64,000 nucleotides of DNA from Octopus vulgaris. Its lineage: Eukaryota. Every line of letters starts with the position of its first letter. Within the stretch, counting starts at the first letter, position 1. The translations under genes were made by a program, and so were the position numbers. The notes beneath the pieces were generated by a model that did not search any database, was not told the DNA's origin, and worked only from the letters and a program-made list of their open reading frames with translations. Location: positions 54,374,001-54,438,000 of the forward strand of contig OX597824.1 of assembly GCA_951406725.2 (NCBI GenBank), read 5' to 3'. Below, piece after piece: positions 39,226 to 52,441 of the stretch.

Positions 39226-40289
39226 TTGTAAACAACCATGTGAAATGAGGTGATGAGAATGGCTCCTTTAGTGCATCACACAATCGATACAATAAATATG
39301 AAAAGGGTAACTGCGTATAAGTGCCAGAAGGAAAAGAGAGACACAACCAAGTAATATGTTTAAGAGAAGATTTTATTGATAGGTTAACATGTGTATCTGT
39401 GGTGCATCATGTATACATAATAACAGATAGGCTGTCATGAGAACAAAGTGTGTGTGTACATAGGCATGGATGTATGCATGTGCGTTATGTACAGAGCAGT
39501 GAAAGAGTCTATAATGTGAAGTTAGAAGAATATTCAGACACAAGGATGATAAATACCAGTTCGTAGTCAATGTACACAATAGTTGAAATGCTGTATCAAG
39601 AAGTTGTGGCTGTAATGCAGAGCCAGTTGAGGTACATGTCGTACAAGAAGTTGTGGCTATGATGCTGCTGCCGGTTACTTGGTACAAGAGTTCTCGCAGG
39701 TTGTATTTGCTGTTAACCATGGTGAAGTGATTCACAAATAGTGTTGTGTTGGAACCTGTGCAAGTGTTGCTGGTTGCTGTGTATGTAGAGAGATGATGTT
39801 GACATTAGGACGAATGGTGGCGACAGAGATGGAGGTCCTTGAATGCTGCTGCACGAAACTGATGAGTCTCCATGTGGCTGCTGTTGTGTTGTCGCTGGAA
39901 CTGGCTGTGTCCTGTGTAATCAGTGGCTAGACCTCAAAAGGTCTGGAACCAAAAGACATCAAGACGGCGTGAAGCTAGAGTTTTATAGTGAGCAGTCAAC
40001 TCAAACTGAGGTTTAGAAGAGACTGTCTTATGTGACCTTATTTGAAGGCCGTGATTGGTTGGGTTGCATATTGACACACGATAGAACAAGAGAAAAATTG
40101 TGCTAATACCAACCAATCAGAGAAGAGGACACAACAGGGTCCAAAAGTGCAGCCAAAGGCTAGCTGTTATTTACTTCATCTGTATTTATGTATATATAAC
40201 AGAGAGAGGAATTTCCCTGAAGCATACACTACACACTTGTATTTTTCTTCATCATAACATATGAACAAGAAAGGAAGGGGTGATAGATG

Positions 40290-40850
40290 AATAAGGAAGG
40301 AAGGGGTGATGGCAAACTTGGTAGTGGAATGATTGAAATGCTATACTGAAAAAAATCATTTGATAAAATAATTATTGTCTTGGTGTATCAAGAGTATAAA
40401 ATGACCTCAGTGAGCATTCTAATAATGCATTCCCTGTCTTACCAATGTATAGTTCCTCATAATTAGGACATTTAGATCAAATTTCTGCTTTTGCAGTTCA
40501 TATCTACATTTGTGAAAATCTGTTCATTTTTTGTTCTAATGGATCTACTAGTATGCATGTAGTGACATGTTCCACATCTGTTATTACACTTGGATACTGT
40601 AAATGTTTTATCCTGTTTGTTCATGTTGAATTTTGCCTTTGTTAATAGTTTCTTTAGGTTATGTGGTTGCTTTTTGCTTAAGATAAGTGTTTGGTTAGTT
40701 ATTATGTTTTTTTTAATTTTTCACTTTCTTTCAGGATTGGCAAATTTGTTTTGATGATGTTAAAAATGTTTTGGTGATGCAGATTGCATGTTAATAGAAA
40801 TGGTATTGTGTTCCAATGATGGGTTTGTCTTTCTTGTGTTGCCTTAAGTT
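40290..40850 (-). pseudogene. Penelope-like element C-terminal/GIY-YIG endonuclease remnant
   Basis: Minus strand KQPHNLKKLLTKAKF..CGTCHYM..MNCKSRNLI../ELYIGKTG, frameshifted. Confidence 0.7.
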
Positions 40851-40898
40851 GTTCTATAGGTATCTCTTTTGCTCATTGTATGCTATTTGTATATATAT

Positions 40899-40900
<2 letters not shown>

Positions 40901-40994
<94 letters not shown>

Positions 40995-41012
40995 TATATA
41001 TATATATATATA
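40901..41012. repeat. (GT)n + (TA)n microsatellite
   Basis: Direct reading. Confidence 0.97.
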
Positions 41013-41249
41013 TCTGAAACTCACCACAAGTTGAGCAAGTGCACAGCAAGGAAGATCTTCAGAGGAACAACTCCCATCCAACAAGTATTTCAGCCTTTAC
41101 TCCTGTCACTCTACAGGAGCCAGGCCCACCCAGGTCTATGTTTCACACCACTAGGTCACACTGACCACTGAAATAGCCAGTTCTCTTCTTCCTTATTTAC
41201 TATAAATAACCAATGGAATCTATGACTTGAACCTTGGTCCATTGATAAT

Positions 41250-41600
41250 TTTTCTTTGTCCATAACCATATTGAGCCCTTTTCAGTAACATCAGACAAGA
41301 ATTTGATTGTGGCAGTTCTTTTATGGCCTTTGATACTCAAATATCTGAGTAGTCAGCAGGTTGAAGTAACCATGAATCCTCATAATCCAACTTCAACTGG
41401 TTTCACAGTGCAATAGTAACCCTCACTCTCTAGCTGATTTTCCAGCTCACCATATTTGCTCATATTAAAAATGTGGCTTTCATATGATACTGACAACTCA
41501 ACGACAATCAATTTGGCACTTTATTCAGACCATAAAACAGTGTCTGGTCTCAAACCATTTTTGGTGATGAACTCTGGATAGTTCTTGGCTCTTCTCACAG
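41250..41600 (-). pseudogene. Restriction-like endonuclease of an R2/NeSL-superfamily non-LTR element
   Basis: GLRPDTVLWS..VVELSVSYE..KPVEVG..GF..EKGSIWLWTK (PD-(D/E)xK pattern). Confidence 0.7.
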
Positions 41601-41669
41601 AGGTCTGCAGCTATTTCCTAGGAATCTTCAAGTCCAAGTGTGTGTATATACATATATAAATACATATAA

Positions 41670-44120
41670 ATGTGTTTGAATGAATGATGGTGCACTTGCT
41701 TTTAGTGATTCTGAAAAGAAAGAGACTTGGAGAAGCCATTATGAAAGACTGCTGAATGTGGAGAATGAATGGGCGGAGGAGAGCCTTCCAAATGTTGACC
41801 CAGTAGAGGGATCAGCTATCTCAATAGACAGTTCCCTAGTAGATAAAGCAGTTAAGGGTATGAAGCCAGGAAAAGCCCCTGGCCCATCAGGAATCACTGC
41901 AGAGATGCTTAAAGCATCTGGTGGTGTGGGCTATAGCTTAGTCACCCGCATTGTTAACCAGGTAGTACATAACAGAGTCATACCCAATGACTGGCATAGC
42001 AGCACCATAGTCAACTGCTACAAGGGTAAAGGTGATGCTCTAGATAGGAATAACTACAGGGGTATTAAACTGATGGATCAGGTGATGAAGGTCACAGAGA
42101 GTGTCATAGTCCATCTCATTAGGGAGAGAGTCTGCTTAGATGAGATGCAGTTTAGTTTTGTTCCAGGTAGAAGCACCACTGATGCCATATTCCTGGTTTG
42201 ACAACTGCAGGAGAAATACCTAGCTAAAGATAACCCCTCTACTTAGCTTTTGTGGACTTGGAGAAAGCCTTTGACAGGGTCCCCCGATCCCTTATCTGGT
42301 GGGCAATGCGGAAACTGGAGATTGACGAATGGTTGATAAGGGCTGTACAGGCCCTATACAGAGAGGCTGTTGGTAAGGTTAGGATTGGCAACGAGTATAG
42401 TGAAGAATTCTGGGTAGAAGTAGGGGTCCACCTTAGTCCCCTTCTATTCATCATAGTCCTCCAGGCAATAACAGAGGAATTCAAGATGGGTTGCCCCTGG
42501 GAGCTCCTCTATGTTGATGACCTGGCCCTCATAGCAGAATCACTACCGGAACTAGAAAAGAAATTTTGTGTGTGGAAGCTAGGTTTAAAATCAATGGGCC
42601 TTAGAGTAAATGTAGCAAAGACCAAAGTTATAGTAAGCACAAAGGCGAACTAATCACACTCTCCCTCGGGCCTTGCTTGATCTGTAGAAAAGGTGTAGGT
42701 AGGAACTCCATAAGATGTACCCAGTGTAAGCTATGGATGCATAAGAGGTGCAGCAACATCAAAGGAAAATTAACTGAGAAGATAGCTTTCGTGTACAGCA
42801 GATGCACAGGGGCAATAGACACCACAGATACTCAGAAAACAGATTCCATCACACTCCAGGGGGAGAAACTAGAAGTAGTTGATAGTTTCCACTACCTAGG
42901 TGACCAAGTTAGTTGTGGAGGTGGATGCTCAGAGTGTCACCACTAGAATACGAATAGCCTGGGCAAAGTTTAGAAAGCTCCTACCCCTACTGGTGACAAA
43001 GGGTCTCTTGCTCAGAGTGAAAGGTAAACTGTACGATGCATGTGTGTTTCACTACCATGAAGCATGGGCTGTGACTGCGGAGGACATGCATAGGTTTGAA
43101 AGAAATGAAGCTAGCATGAACCACTGGATGTGTAATGTCAGTGTGCACACATGACAGAGTGTAAGCGCCCTGAGAGAAATGCTGGACATAAGAAGCATCA
43201 GATGTGGTGTGCAAGAGAGACATTTGTGCTGGTATGGTCATGTACTGCGGATGGATGAGGAGAGATATGTGAAGAAGTGCCACTCCCAAACAGTTGAAGG
43301 TATCCAGGGAAGAGGTAGACCCAGGAAGACATGAGACGCGGTAGTCAAGTATGACCTTTGAAAATTGGGCCTCACAGAGGCAATGAAGAAAGACCAAGAT
43401 CTCTGGAGATATGCTGTGACTGCAAAGACCCAAGAAATAATGTGAGTTCATGGCTGCTTCCTGCACCAGTTTCGTATAGTCTCAGCCCATCCGAAGTACC
43501 TTGGTTTGCAGAACGACCTGCTGTGCTTACCTTGGATTGTAGGGTGACCTGCTGTGCTTGAGGAGACCTATTGAGTCAAGTACATCAACATCAAAATAAA
43601 TATCAAATGGAAATTGTAATTATGATACCTGTGCCGGTGGCACATAAAAAGCACCATCCGAACGTGGCCGATGCCAGCGCTGCCTTGACTGGCTTCTGTG
43701 CCAGTGGCACACGACCTGCTGTGCTTGACGAGACCTATTGAGTCAAGTACATCAACATCAAAATAAATATCAAATGGAAATTGTAGTTGTGATACCTGTG
43801 CCGGTGGCACGTAAAAAGCAGCATCCGAACGTGGCCAATGCCAGCGCCGCCTTGACTGGCTTCTGTGCCGGTAGCATGTAAAAAGCACCAACCGATCGTG
43901 GCTGCTGCCAGCCTCCCCTGGCACTTGTGCTGGTGGCACATAAAAAGCACCCACTACTCTCACGGAGTGGTTGGCATTAGGAAGGGCATCCAGCTGCAGA
44001 AACACTGCTAGATCAGACTGGAGCCTGGTGCAGCCTCCTGGCTTCCCAGACCCCAGTTGAACCGTCCAACCCATGCTAACATGGAAAACGGACGTTAAAC
44101 GATGATGATGATGATGATGA
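41670..44120 (+). mobile_element. RTE LINE, 5'-truncated (RT to (GAT)n tail), decayed
   Basis: KAPGPSG, NYRGIKL, RSTTDAIF, DLEKAFDRVP, LLYVDD. 3' UTR with an internal ~170-bp duplication at 43550-43880. Confidence 0.95.
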
Positions 44121-44139
44121 TATATATATATATACATAT

Positions 44140-44420
44140 CTCACTTGGCTTGCCAGATCTTCTCGAGCACAGCATATCTCCAAAGGTCTAGGCCGCTTGT
44201 CATTGCCTCTGTGAGGCCCAACGTTCAAAAGTGGTGCTTCACCAATTCATCTCAGATCTTCTTGGGTCCAACACTTCCTCAGGTTCCTTCCACTGTTAGG
44301 GTGTGAAAATTCTTCACACAGCTGTCCTCATCCATATACAACACATGACCATACCAGTGCAGTTGTATCTCTTGCACACCACATTTGATACACCTTATGT
44401 CCAAATATTCTCTCATGGTT
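44140..44420 (-). mobile_element. RTE LINE C-terminal fragment
   Basis: WYGHVLYMDEDSCVKNFHTLTVEGT. Confidence 0.8.
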
Positions 44421-44499
44421 CTTACATATATATAAGAGAGTCCTAGCAAGACCACTGCAGTTCCTCTTTCAGAGCTTCCTTGCAACTGGCAAGCTTCCA

Positions 44500-46020
44500 A
44501 GAAAACTGAAGGAAGGTAAAATATGCCCTATTCATAAAGAAGGTAGCAGAGCGGAGGCCAAGAACTACAGACCTATCTCTCTGACCTCACACATCAGCAA
44601 GGTCATGGAACGAATAGTCAGAAGGAAACTAATCGCCTTCCTTGAAGAAAATGACTTGCTGCCTGACACCCAACATGGTTTCCGACCGGGAAGAAGCTGC
44701 TTAACTCAGCTCCTACAACACTATGACTGGGTGCTGAAACAACTGCTCAACCACTCAAATGTGGAAGTTATATATCTCGACTTTGCAAAGGCCTTCGATA
44801 AAGCCGATCATGGAATGATATGTCACAAACTGCGTGCTCTTGGCATAGTTGGAAAATTGGGAGAATAGCTTCATGACTTTCTGAAGGATAGAAGTCAGGT
44901 GGTAGTAGCCAATGAGGCCACTTCCATTAACATGCAAATAGTGAGCAGTGTTCCGCAGGGCACTGTTTTGGGACCACTACTGTTCATAATGGCCCTCTCA
45001 GGCATTCCCTCAGCCACGCAGAGAGCCACGATCACAAGTTATGCAGATGATACAAAAGTCTCACAGGCAATATAGAACCCTGAAGACACTAAGCACCTGC
45101 AATGTGAGCTGATCAAAATATACAAGCGGGCTGAAAAGAATAGCATGCAGTTCAATGCTGAAAAGTTTCAAGCTTTATGCAATCAGCATGCAAAACTAAA
45201 TGCAATACCCAATGAATACACTGGACCTGGAGGGATTGCAATCCCAGAGGCACAATCAGTGCGAGACCTGGGTATTTACATGAGTGATGATGCAACCTTT
45301 CATGTACATGTTGCTAAATTGGCAATGAAATGTAGGCGGCTGGCCGGATGGATTCTTAGAACCTTTAGAACAAGAGAACAAGAAACCATGATGGTCCTCT
45401 GGAGGACACTTGTCCTGAGCCACTTTGACTATTGCTCTCAGCTATGGTCACCATCTAGTGTCAAGTTGATCACAGAACTTGAGGCGATCCAACGAAGCTA
45501 CACGAAGAAGATAGCCTCTGTGCAGCATATAAGCTACTGGGAAAGACTCAAGAGATTAAGACTTTATTCCTTAGAGCGTAGGCAAGAAAGATATGCCATA
45601 ATATACATCTGGAAGATCCTAGAAGGACTTGTCCCAAACTTTGGCATCGAGAGTTACACAAATGCCAGAACTGGGCGCCACTGCGTGGTGCCAAGGACTC
45701 CAAATTTGCCATCAAGATGTAGGACAAGATACTGTGATAGCTCTTCAATATCCTCCCGAAGAACCTGAGAGACCTGCATGGGGTGGATGCAGATGTCTTT
45801 AAAGTAGGACTGGATCTCTTCCTGTCAGGTGTCCCAGATGAACCAACTTCACGGCAGGAGGTGCAGATGAGGGCAGCTGCATCGAACTCTCTCATGCACC
45901 AAATGGCAGTTGCTAAAAAGCATTCGTGAAGTAAAATCATGTAGCAACACCAAATGGCGGTGCCCCAGCATGGCCACAGCTTGTGAGCTGAAACTGGATA
46001 AAATAAAAAAAATAAAAAAT
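44500..46020 (+). mobile_element. CR1/L2-group LINE 3' half (RT), decayed
   Basis: NYRPISLTS, QHGFRPGRSCLTQLL, YLDFAKAFD, VPQGTVLGP, YADD, SHFDYCSQLWSP, YWERLKRL. Confidence 0.92.
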
Positions 46021-46393
46021 ATATATACATACATACATATATACATATATATATTTATACATATATACATATATATATATATATACATACATATATACAT
46101 ATACATATATACATACATATATACATATACATATATACATACATATATACATATACATACATACATATATATACATACATATATACATATACATACATAT
46201 ATACATATATATATACATACATATATACATATATATATACATATATACATATATATATACATACATACATATATATATACATACATATATACATACATAT
46301 ATACATATATACATATATATATATACATACATATATACATATATATATACATACATATATACATATATATATACATACATATATACATATATA
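46021..46393. repeat. (TA/TACA)n low-complexity tract
   Basis: Direct reading. Confidence 0.97.
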
Positions 46394-46772
46394 TCTCTCT
46401 CTATATAAACGGCAGTTTGTCTGTGCATTTTCTGTGTGTCTGTTTTCTCGTACCCTCACTCTGACCACGGCTTTCAACCGATTCTGATGAAACTTGACAC
46501 ACACATAGCCCAATGTCATAGTTCAAAACTAACGCAGCGAAAATTTTGAAAAGTTCCCCCAGTTCTGAAAAAATTCGATAAATTCGACATGGGGTCGAGA
46601 ATCAGAAACCCAAACCAGACCGTCTAGGGGACGCAACTCCACCTTTTTTAACTCTCAAAAAAATTTACCATCATTTTTTTCCATTTTTTTGCTATTTTTT
46701 GGCTATAACTCTCTAAAAATGCTTTATAGTTATTTCCCTTACAAACCTGAGCAACGCCGGGCGTACTGCTAG
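46394..46772 (+). mobile_element. Non-autonomous Helitron-like element
   Basis: 5' TC..TATATAA; 3' hairpin CCTGAGCAACGCCGGG then CTAG; inserted between A and T with no TSD. Confidence 0.75.
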
Positions 46773-46819
<47 letters not shown>

Positions 46820-46898
46820 TCATCATCATCATTGTTTAAATATATATATATACATACATATATATATATATATCATCATCATCATCATCATCGTTTAA

Positions 46899-46956
<58 letters not shown>

Positions 46957-47028
46957 GCATATATATATATATACATATATATATACATATATATATACAT
47001 GCATATATATATATACATATATATACAC

Positions 47029-49069
47029 ATCATCATCATCATCATCATCGTTTAGCGTCCGTTTTCCATGCTAGCATGGGTTGGACGGGTCAACTGGGGT
47101 CTGTGAAGCTGGAAGGCTTCGTCAGGCCCAGTCAGATCTGGCAGTGTTTCTACGGCTGGATGCCCTTCCTAACGCCAACCACTCCGCGAGTGTAGTGGGT
47201 GTTTTTTACGTGCCACCTGCACAGGTGCCAGACAGAGCTGGTGAACGGCCACGAACGGATGGTGCTTTTACGTGTCACCGGCTCGGGGCCAGGCGATGCT
47301 GGCAACGGACACGAACGGATGGTGCTTTTACGTGCCACCGACACGGGGCCAGACAGAGCTGGCAACCGGCCACGAACGGACGGTGCTTTTACGTGCCACC
47401 GACACGGGGCCAGATAGAGCTGGCCAACGGCCACGAACGGACGGTGCTTTTACGTGTCACCGGCACGGGGCCAGGCGAGGCTGGCAACGAACACGAACGG
47501 ATGGTGCTTTTACGTGCCACCGACACGGGGCCAGGCAGAGCTGGCAAACGGCCATGAGCGAATGGTGCTTTTACGTATCACCGGCACGGGTGCCAGACAA
47601 GGCTGGCAGCGGACACGAACAGATGGGTCACTTAACCCCTGCTTTCTGATATATGATTTGATTTTGATTGTTCTCACTGGTCTTGCCGGGTCTTCTCACG
47701 CACAGCATACTTCCATAGGTCTCGGTCTCTGGTCATTTCCTTGGTGAGACCTAGAGTTCGAAGGTCATGCTTCACCACCTCGACCCAGGTTTTCCTGGGT
47801 CTACCTCTTCCACAGGACCCCTCAACTGCCAGGGTGTGGCACTTTTTCACACACCTATCTTCATCCATTCTCACCACATGACCATACCAGCGCAATCGTC
47901 TCTCTTGCACACAACATCTGATTCCTCTTAGGTCCAACTTTTCTTTCAAGGTACTTACACTCTGTCGACTATGAACACTGACATTACACATTACTAGCTT
48001 CATTTCTCGCGAGCTTACGCATGTCCTCAGCAGTCACGGCCCATGTTTCACTGCCATGTAGCATGGCTGTTCGTACACATGCATCATACAGTCTGCCTTT
48101 TACTCTGAGCGAGAGGCCTTTAGTCACCAACAGAGGTAAGAGCTCCCTAAACTTTGCCCAGGCTATTCTTACTCTAGCCGTTACACTTTCAGCACACCCA
48201 CCCCCACTACTGACTTGGTCACCAAGATAACGGAAGCTATCAACCACTTCTAGTTTTTCCCCCTGGAAAGTGACGGAAGTTGTTTTCTGCAGATTTTCAG
48301 AGGTTAATGCTCCCGAGCATCTGCCACATACAAAAACCATCTTCCTAGTTAGCCTTCCTATGACATTGCTGCACCTCTTATGTGTCCATAGCTTACACTT
48401 GGTGCATCTTATAGAGTTTCTACCTACACCTTTTCTACAGATCGAGCAGGGCCATCTACCTGAAGGCGTTTGTGATTTGTCTACCTTCCTACTTATTACG
48501 ACTTTGGTTTTAGCTAGGTTGACTCTAAGGCCCTTCGATTCTAAACCATGCTTCCACACCTGAAACTTCTTCTCCAGTTCTGATAATGACTCAGCAATTA
48601 GAGCAAGGTCATCAGCATAGAGGAGCTCCCAGGGGCATCCTGTCTTGAATTCCTCCGTTATTGCCTGGAGGACTATGATAAATAGGAGGGGGCTGAGGAC
48701 TGAGCCTTGGTGGACCCCTACCTCTACCCGGAATTCTTCACTGTACTCATTTCCAACCCTCACCTTACTAGCAGCGTCCCTGTACATGGCTTGCACAGCT
48801 CTCACTAACCATTCTTCTATTCCTAGTTTCCTCATTGACCACCATATGAGGGATCGGGGGACCCTGTCGAAGGCTTTCTCCATGTCAACAAAAGCCAGGT
48901 ACATGGCCTTATCTTTGGCTAGGTATTTCTCCTGCAGCTGCCTTACCAGGAATATAGCATCAGTGGTACTTTTCCCTGGCACGAAACCAAACTGCATCTC
49001 ATCTAAACTAACTCTCTCTCTAATTAGTTGGCTTATGACCCTCTCTGTAACCTTCATCACCTGATCCAT
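47029..49069 (-). mobile_element. Young 5'-truncated RTE LINE; 361-aa open RT/C-terminal segment with PHD-like finger; ~60-bp tandem 3' UTR
   Basis: QFGFVPGKSTTDAIF, HQGSVLSPLLF, LLYADD; (ATG)n tail at 47029-47049. Confidence 0.96.
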
Positions 49070-49149
49070 TTGTTTGCATCTAAAATTAATGATCTTGTGA
49101 AATTTTTAAAAACGCCCATCCTCTCTGTCCCATCCTATACATACATACG

Positions 49150-49550
49150 TGACCATATTGAGACTGATGGGTCAAAAGAATATTAGTGGAACTTAAAAAC
49201 TAAAACAACAACCAAGTTAAGACACAACTGGCAAGATCTTGTTGTGTGGGACCACAAAGAAAATATACGTATTGTTGTGGAAATCAGCTGCCCTCTGGAT
49301 ACCAACATGGTTAGAAAAATACAATAGAGAGAGGATATATATGGACCATTGATAAGGAATTTGCAAATCCAGTACCCAAGATACACTTTCAGCTTCATAC
49401 TTATTATTGGAGCAACAGAATATGTACCAACCCATTAAGGACAAAGTGTGGCTAAACTTGGGATCTTGGAGAGAAAATACAAATCCTTAATTCATATGTT
49501 AGAAATGATCACAATATCTTGGCCTATAAAAATCTGCAAGACCTTAAGAT
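49150..49550 (+). pseudogene. R4/Dong-like restriction-like endonuclease remnant
   Basis: RHNWQDLVVWD..IVVEISCPLDTN..YGPLIRNLQ..IIGA. Confidence 0.7.
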
Positions 49551-49639
49551 TTAAAGGATGATGGTTAAAACAAGATGCTTTCCTTCACAACCAGGCAGCT
49601 GGACAAAATTTACTCTAATTAGAAAGAGAACACACATAC

Positions 49640-50940
49640 ATGTGCACACACGACAGACTTCTTTTAGCTTCTGTTTGCCAAATTCACTTCCAAGGCACTG
49701 GTCAGTTCAGAGCTATAATAGGAAACACTAGCTTGAGATGCCATGCAATGGGATTGAACTTGAAACCATGTGGTTGGGAAGGAAACTTCCTAACCACACT
49801 GCCACACCTGTGCCTATATATATCAGGAAAAAGAAGAGAGAAGATACTGGAAAATGTTGTGCTTAATCTATAAGAGAATCTGGTTTTTCCAGGGAGTAAT
49901 TTAGCCACATAGCCTAGTTATAAATTAATGAATGCCATTACCAAATAACAAGCTGAATTGGTACTCAGAAAAAAAAAAAAGATATATAGAGAGATTTATT
50001 TTCAAACTCAGTAGGCAACTTGCTGAAGCAGTAATTAATGAGAAGTATTAGAAAAGGACAGTTTCAATAGTCACACAGAGAAAGGGACAGAAAGGCAAAT
50101 AGGAGATGATGATGATGGTGGTGATGATTAGTTTTACATTCATTTTTCCATGCCAGCATGGGTTATACAGATCCGTTATTGGGGCACTGTTTTACAGCTG
50201 GAAGACCCTTACCTGTTTTTCACATAAAGGATTTCTTGTCTCAACCACATGGCTTTGAAAGTATGAAGCAATGGACGAGTTATTGGCAAAGAAGTGTCAA
50301 CAACAATGCTTGATGTCATAGATTTCGAATAAACAAGCTCAGATGTAAACAAACACACTCAAGCATGCATGGGCATGCACATACATGATGAGGTTCTTTT
50401 CAGTCTGTTTAACAAATCTACATCCAAAGCTTTGGTTAGCTTGAGGCTACAGATGATACTTGCTCAAGGCATTGCACAGTAGGACTAGACCCCAAACAAT
50501 ATGGCTGGGAAGCAAATTTGATAATAAGAATAATAAGCACAAGACCTGGAATTTGGTGAGGGGGAGTTAGTCGATTACACCAACCCCTGTACTCAACTGA
50601 TACTTATTTTATTGATTCTGACTTCAGCAGAATTTGAACTCAAAACATAATGCCACAGAGCGTTTTGTCCAGAGTGCTAACAATTCTGCCAGCTTGCTAC
50701 TTTAATAATAATAATAATAATAACAATAATACTTTCTACTATAGGCACAAGGCCTGAAATTTGGGGGACAGGGATAGTCAATTATATCAACCCCAGTATT
50801 CAACTGGTACTTAATTTATTGACCACGAAAGGACATAAGGCAAAGTCGATCTCAACAGAATTTGAACTCAGAATGTAAAGATGGACGAAATGCTGCTAAG
50901 CATTCTGCCTGGCATGCTAACGATTCTGCCAGCTTGCTGT
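49640..50940 (-). mobile_element. Cluster of SINE fragments (49650-49815, 50385-50520, 50535-50700, 50735-50940) and an RTE tail (50105-50215)
   Basis: tRNA-like heads, e.g. GCAAGCTGGCAGAATCGTTAGC, with (ATT)n tails. Confidence 0.75.
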
Positions 50941-50988
50941 TTTAATAATAATAATAATAATAATAATGATTCTTTCTAATTTTAGCAC

Positions 50989-51292
50989 ATATATATATAT
51001 ATACATGCATATATATATATATACATATATATACATATATACACACATATATATATATACATACATATACATATATACACACATATATATATATACATAC
51101 ATATATATATACATACATACATATATATATATATATACATACATATATATATATATACATATATATATACATATATACATATATATATATATACATATAT
51201 ACATAGATACATATATATACATATATACATATATATATATATACATACATATATATATATACATATATACATATACATATATGTATACATAT

Positions 51293-51323
<31 letters not shown>

Positions 51324-51476
51324 CTCATATATATATACATATATATATATATATACATATATATATACATATATATATATACATATATATATACATATAT
51401 ATATATACATATACATATATACATATATATATATATACATATATATATATACATATATATATATATACACACACAC

Positions 51477-51525
<49 letters not shown>

Positions 51526-51533
51526 TATATACA
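50989..51533. repeat. (TA/CA)n low-complexity tract
   Basis: Direct reading. Confidence 0.97.
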
Positions 51534-51745
51534 TAGACTATTACCGATATTAGATTATTGGTGGGTTTCTTACCCTATAAATTAAAATTAATATTTCACA
51601 TTATAATCGATTTTGATATAATCATAATTGTTAAGTTTTAAGTTTCTAGTTTGATAATAGAGTTTATTATAAGTAAAATTATTATATTATTTATATCTTA
51701 AAAATATTGTTTAAATATTTCTGATTATTTTTAATATATTTCAAT

Positions 51746-51842
51746 TAACCTGAAGATTGACTGTAACCATAACTCGAATTATTAATTAAATTTAAATTAT
51801 TGTTATTCGAATTGGTACAGCCATGAAATGATCGTAGTGTTT
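51746..51842 (+). ncRNA. Degenerate type I hammerhead candidate with long stem II
   Basis: CTGAAGA(51750-56)-TTGACTGTAACCA..TGGTACAGCCAT-GAAA-TGATCG-T-A; stem I is weak. Confidence 0.45.
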
Positions 51843-52172
51843 TACTCTTTATCTTTTATTAAACTTTTAATACTTTTGATATTAAAAAAAAAAATTAAAT
51901 AAATAAATTAACTAATTAATTAATTAATAAATAAAATAATATATAAATATAAAAATATACATACATACATATATATATTTGTATATATATATAAAATTTA
52001 TAAGTTTAAATTATTTAAATAATTTTTTATTTTTAACCTTTATATTTTTTAATTAATTTTATGTATTGGCTTATGTTTTTCACTGTTTGATTTGCCTAAT
52101 AGTGGTTATATTATATATATATATATGTAAGAACCCTGAGAGAATATTTGGACATAAGATGCATCAAATATG

Positions 52173-52204
<32 letters not shown>

Positions 52205-52215
52205 TATATATATAT

Positions 52216-52246
<31 letters not shown>

Positions 52247-52297
52247 CACACACATATATATATATACACACACATATATATATATATATATACATAC

Positions 52298-52330
<33 letters not shown>

Positions 52331-52351
52331 CACAAACATATATATATGTAT

Positions 52352-52437
<86 letters not shown>

Positions 52438-52441
<4 letters not shown>

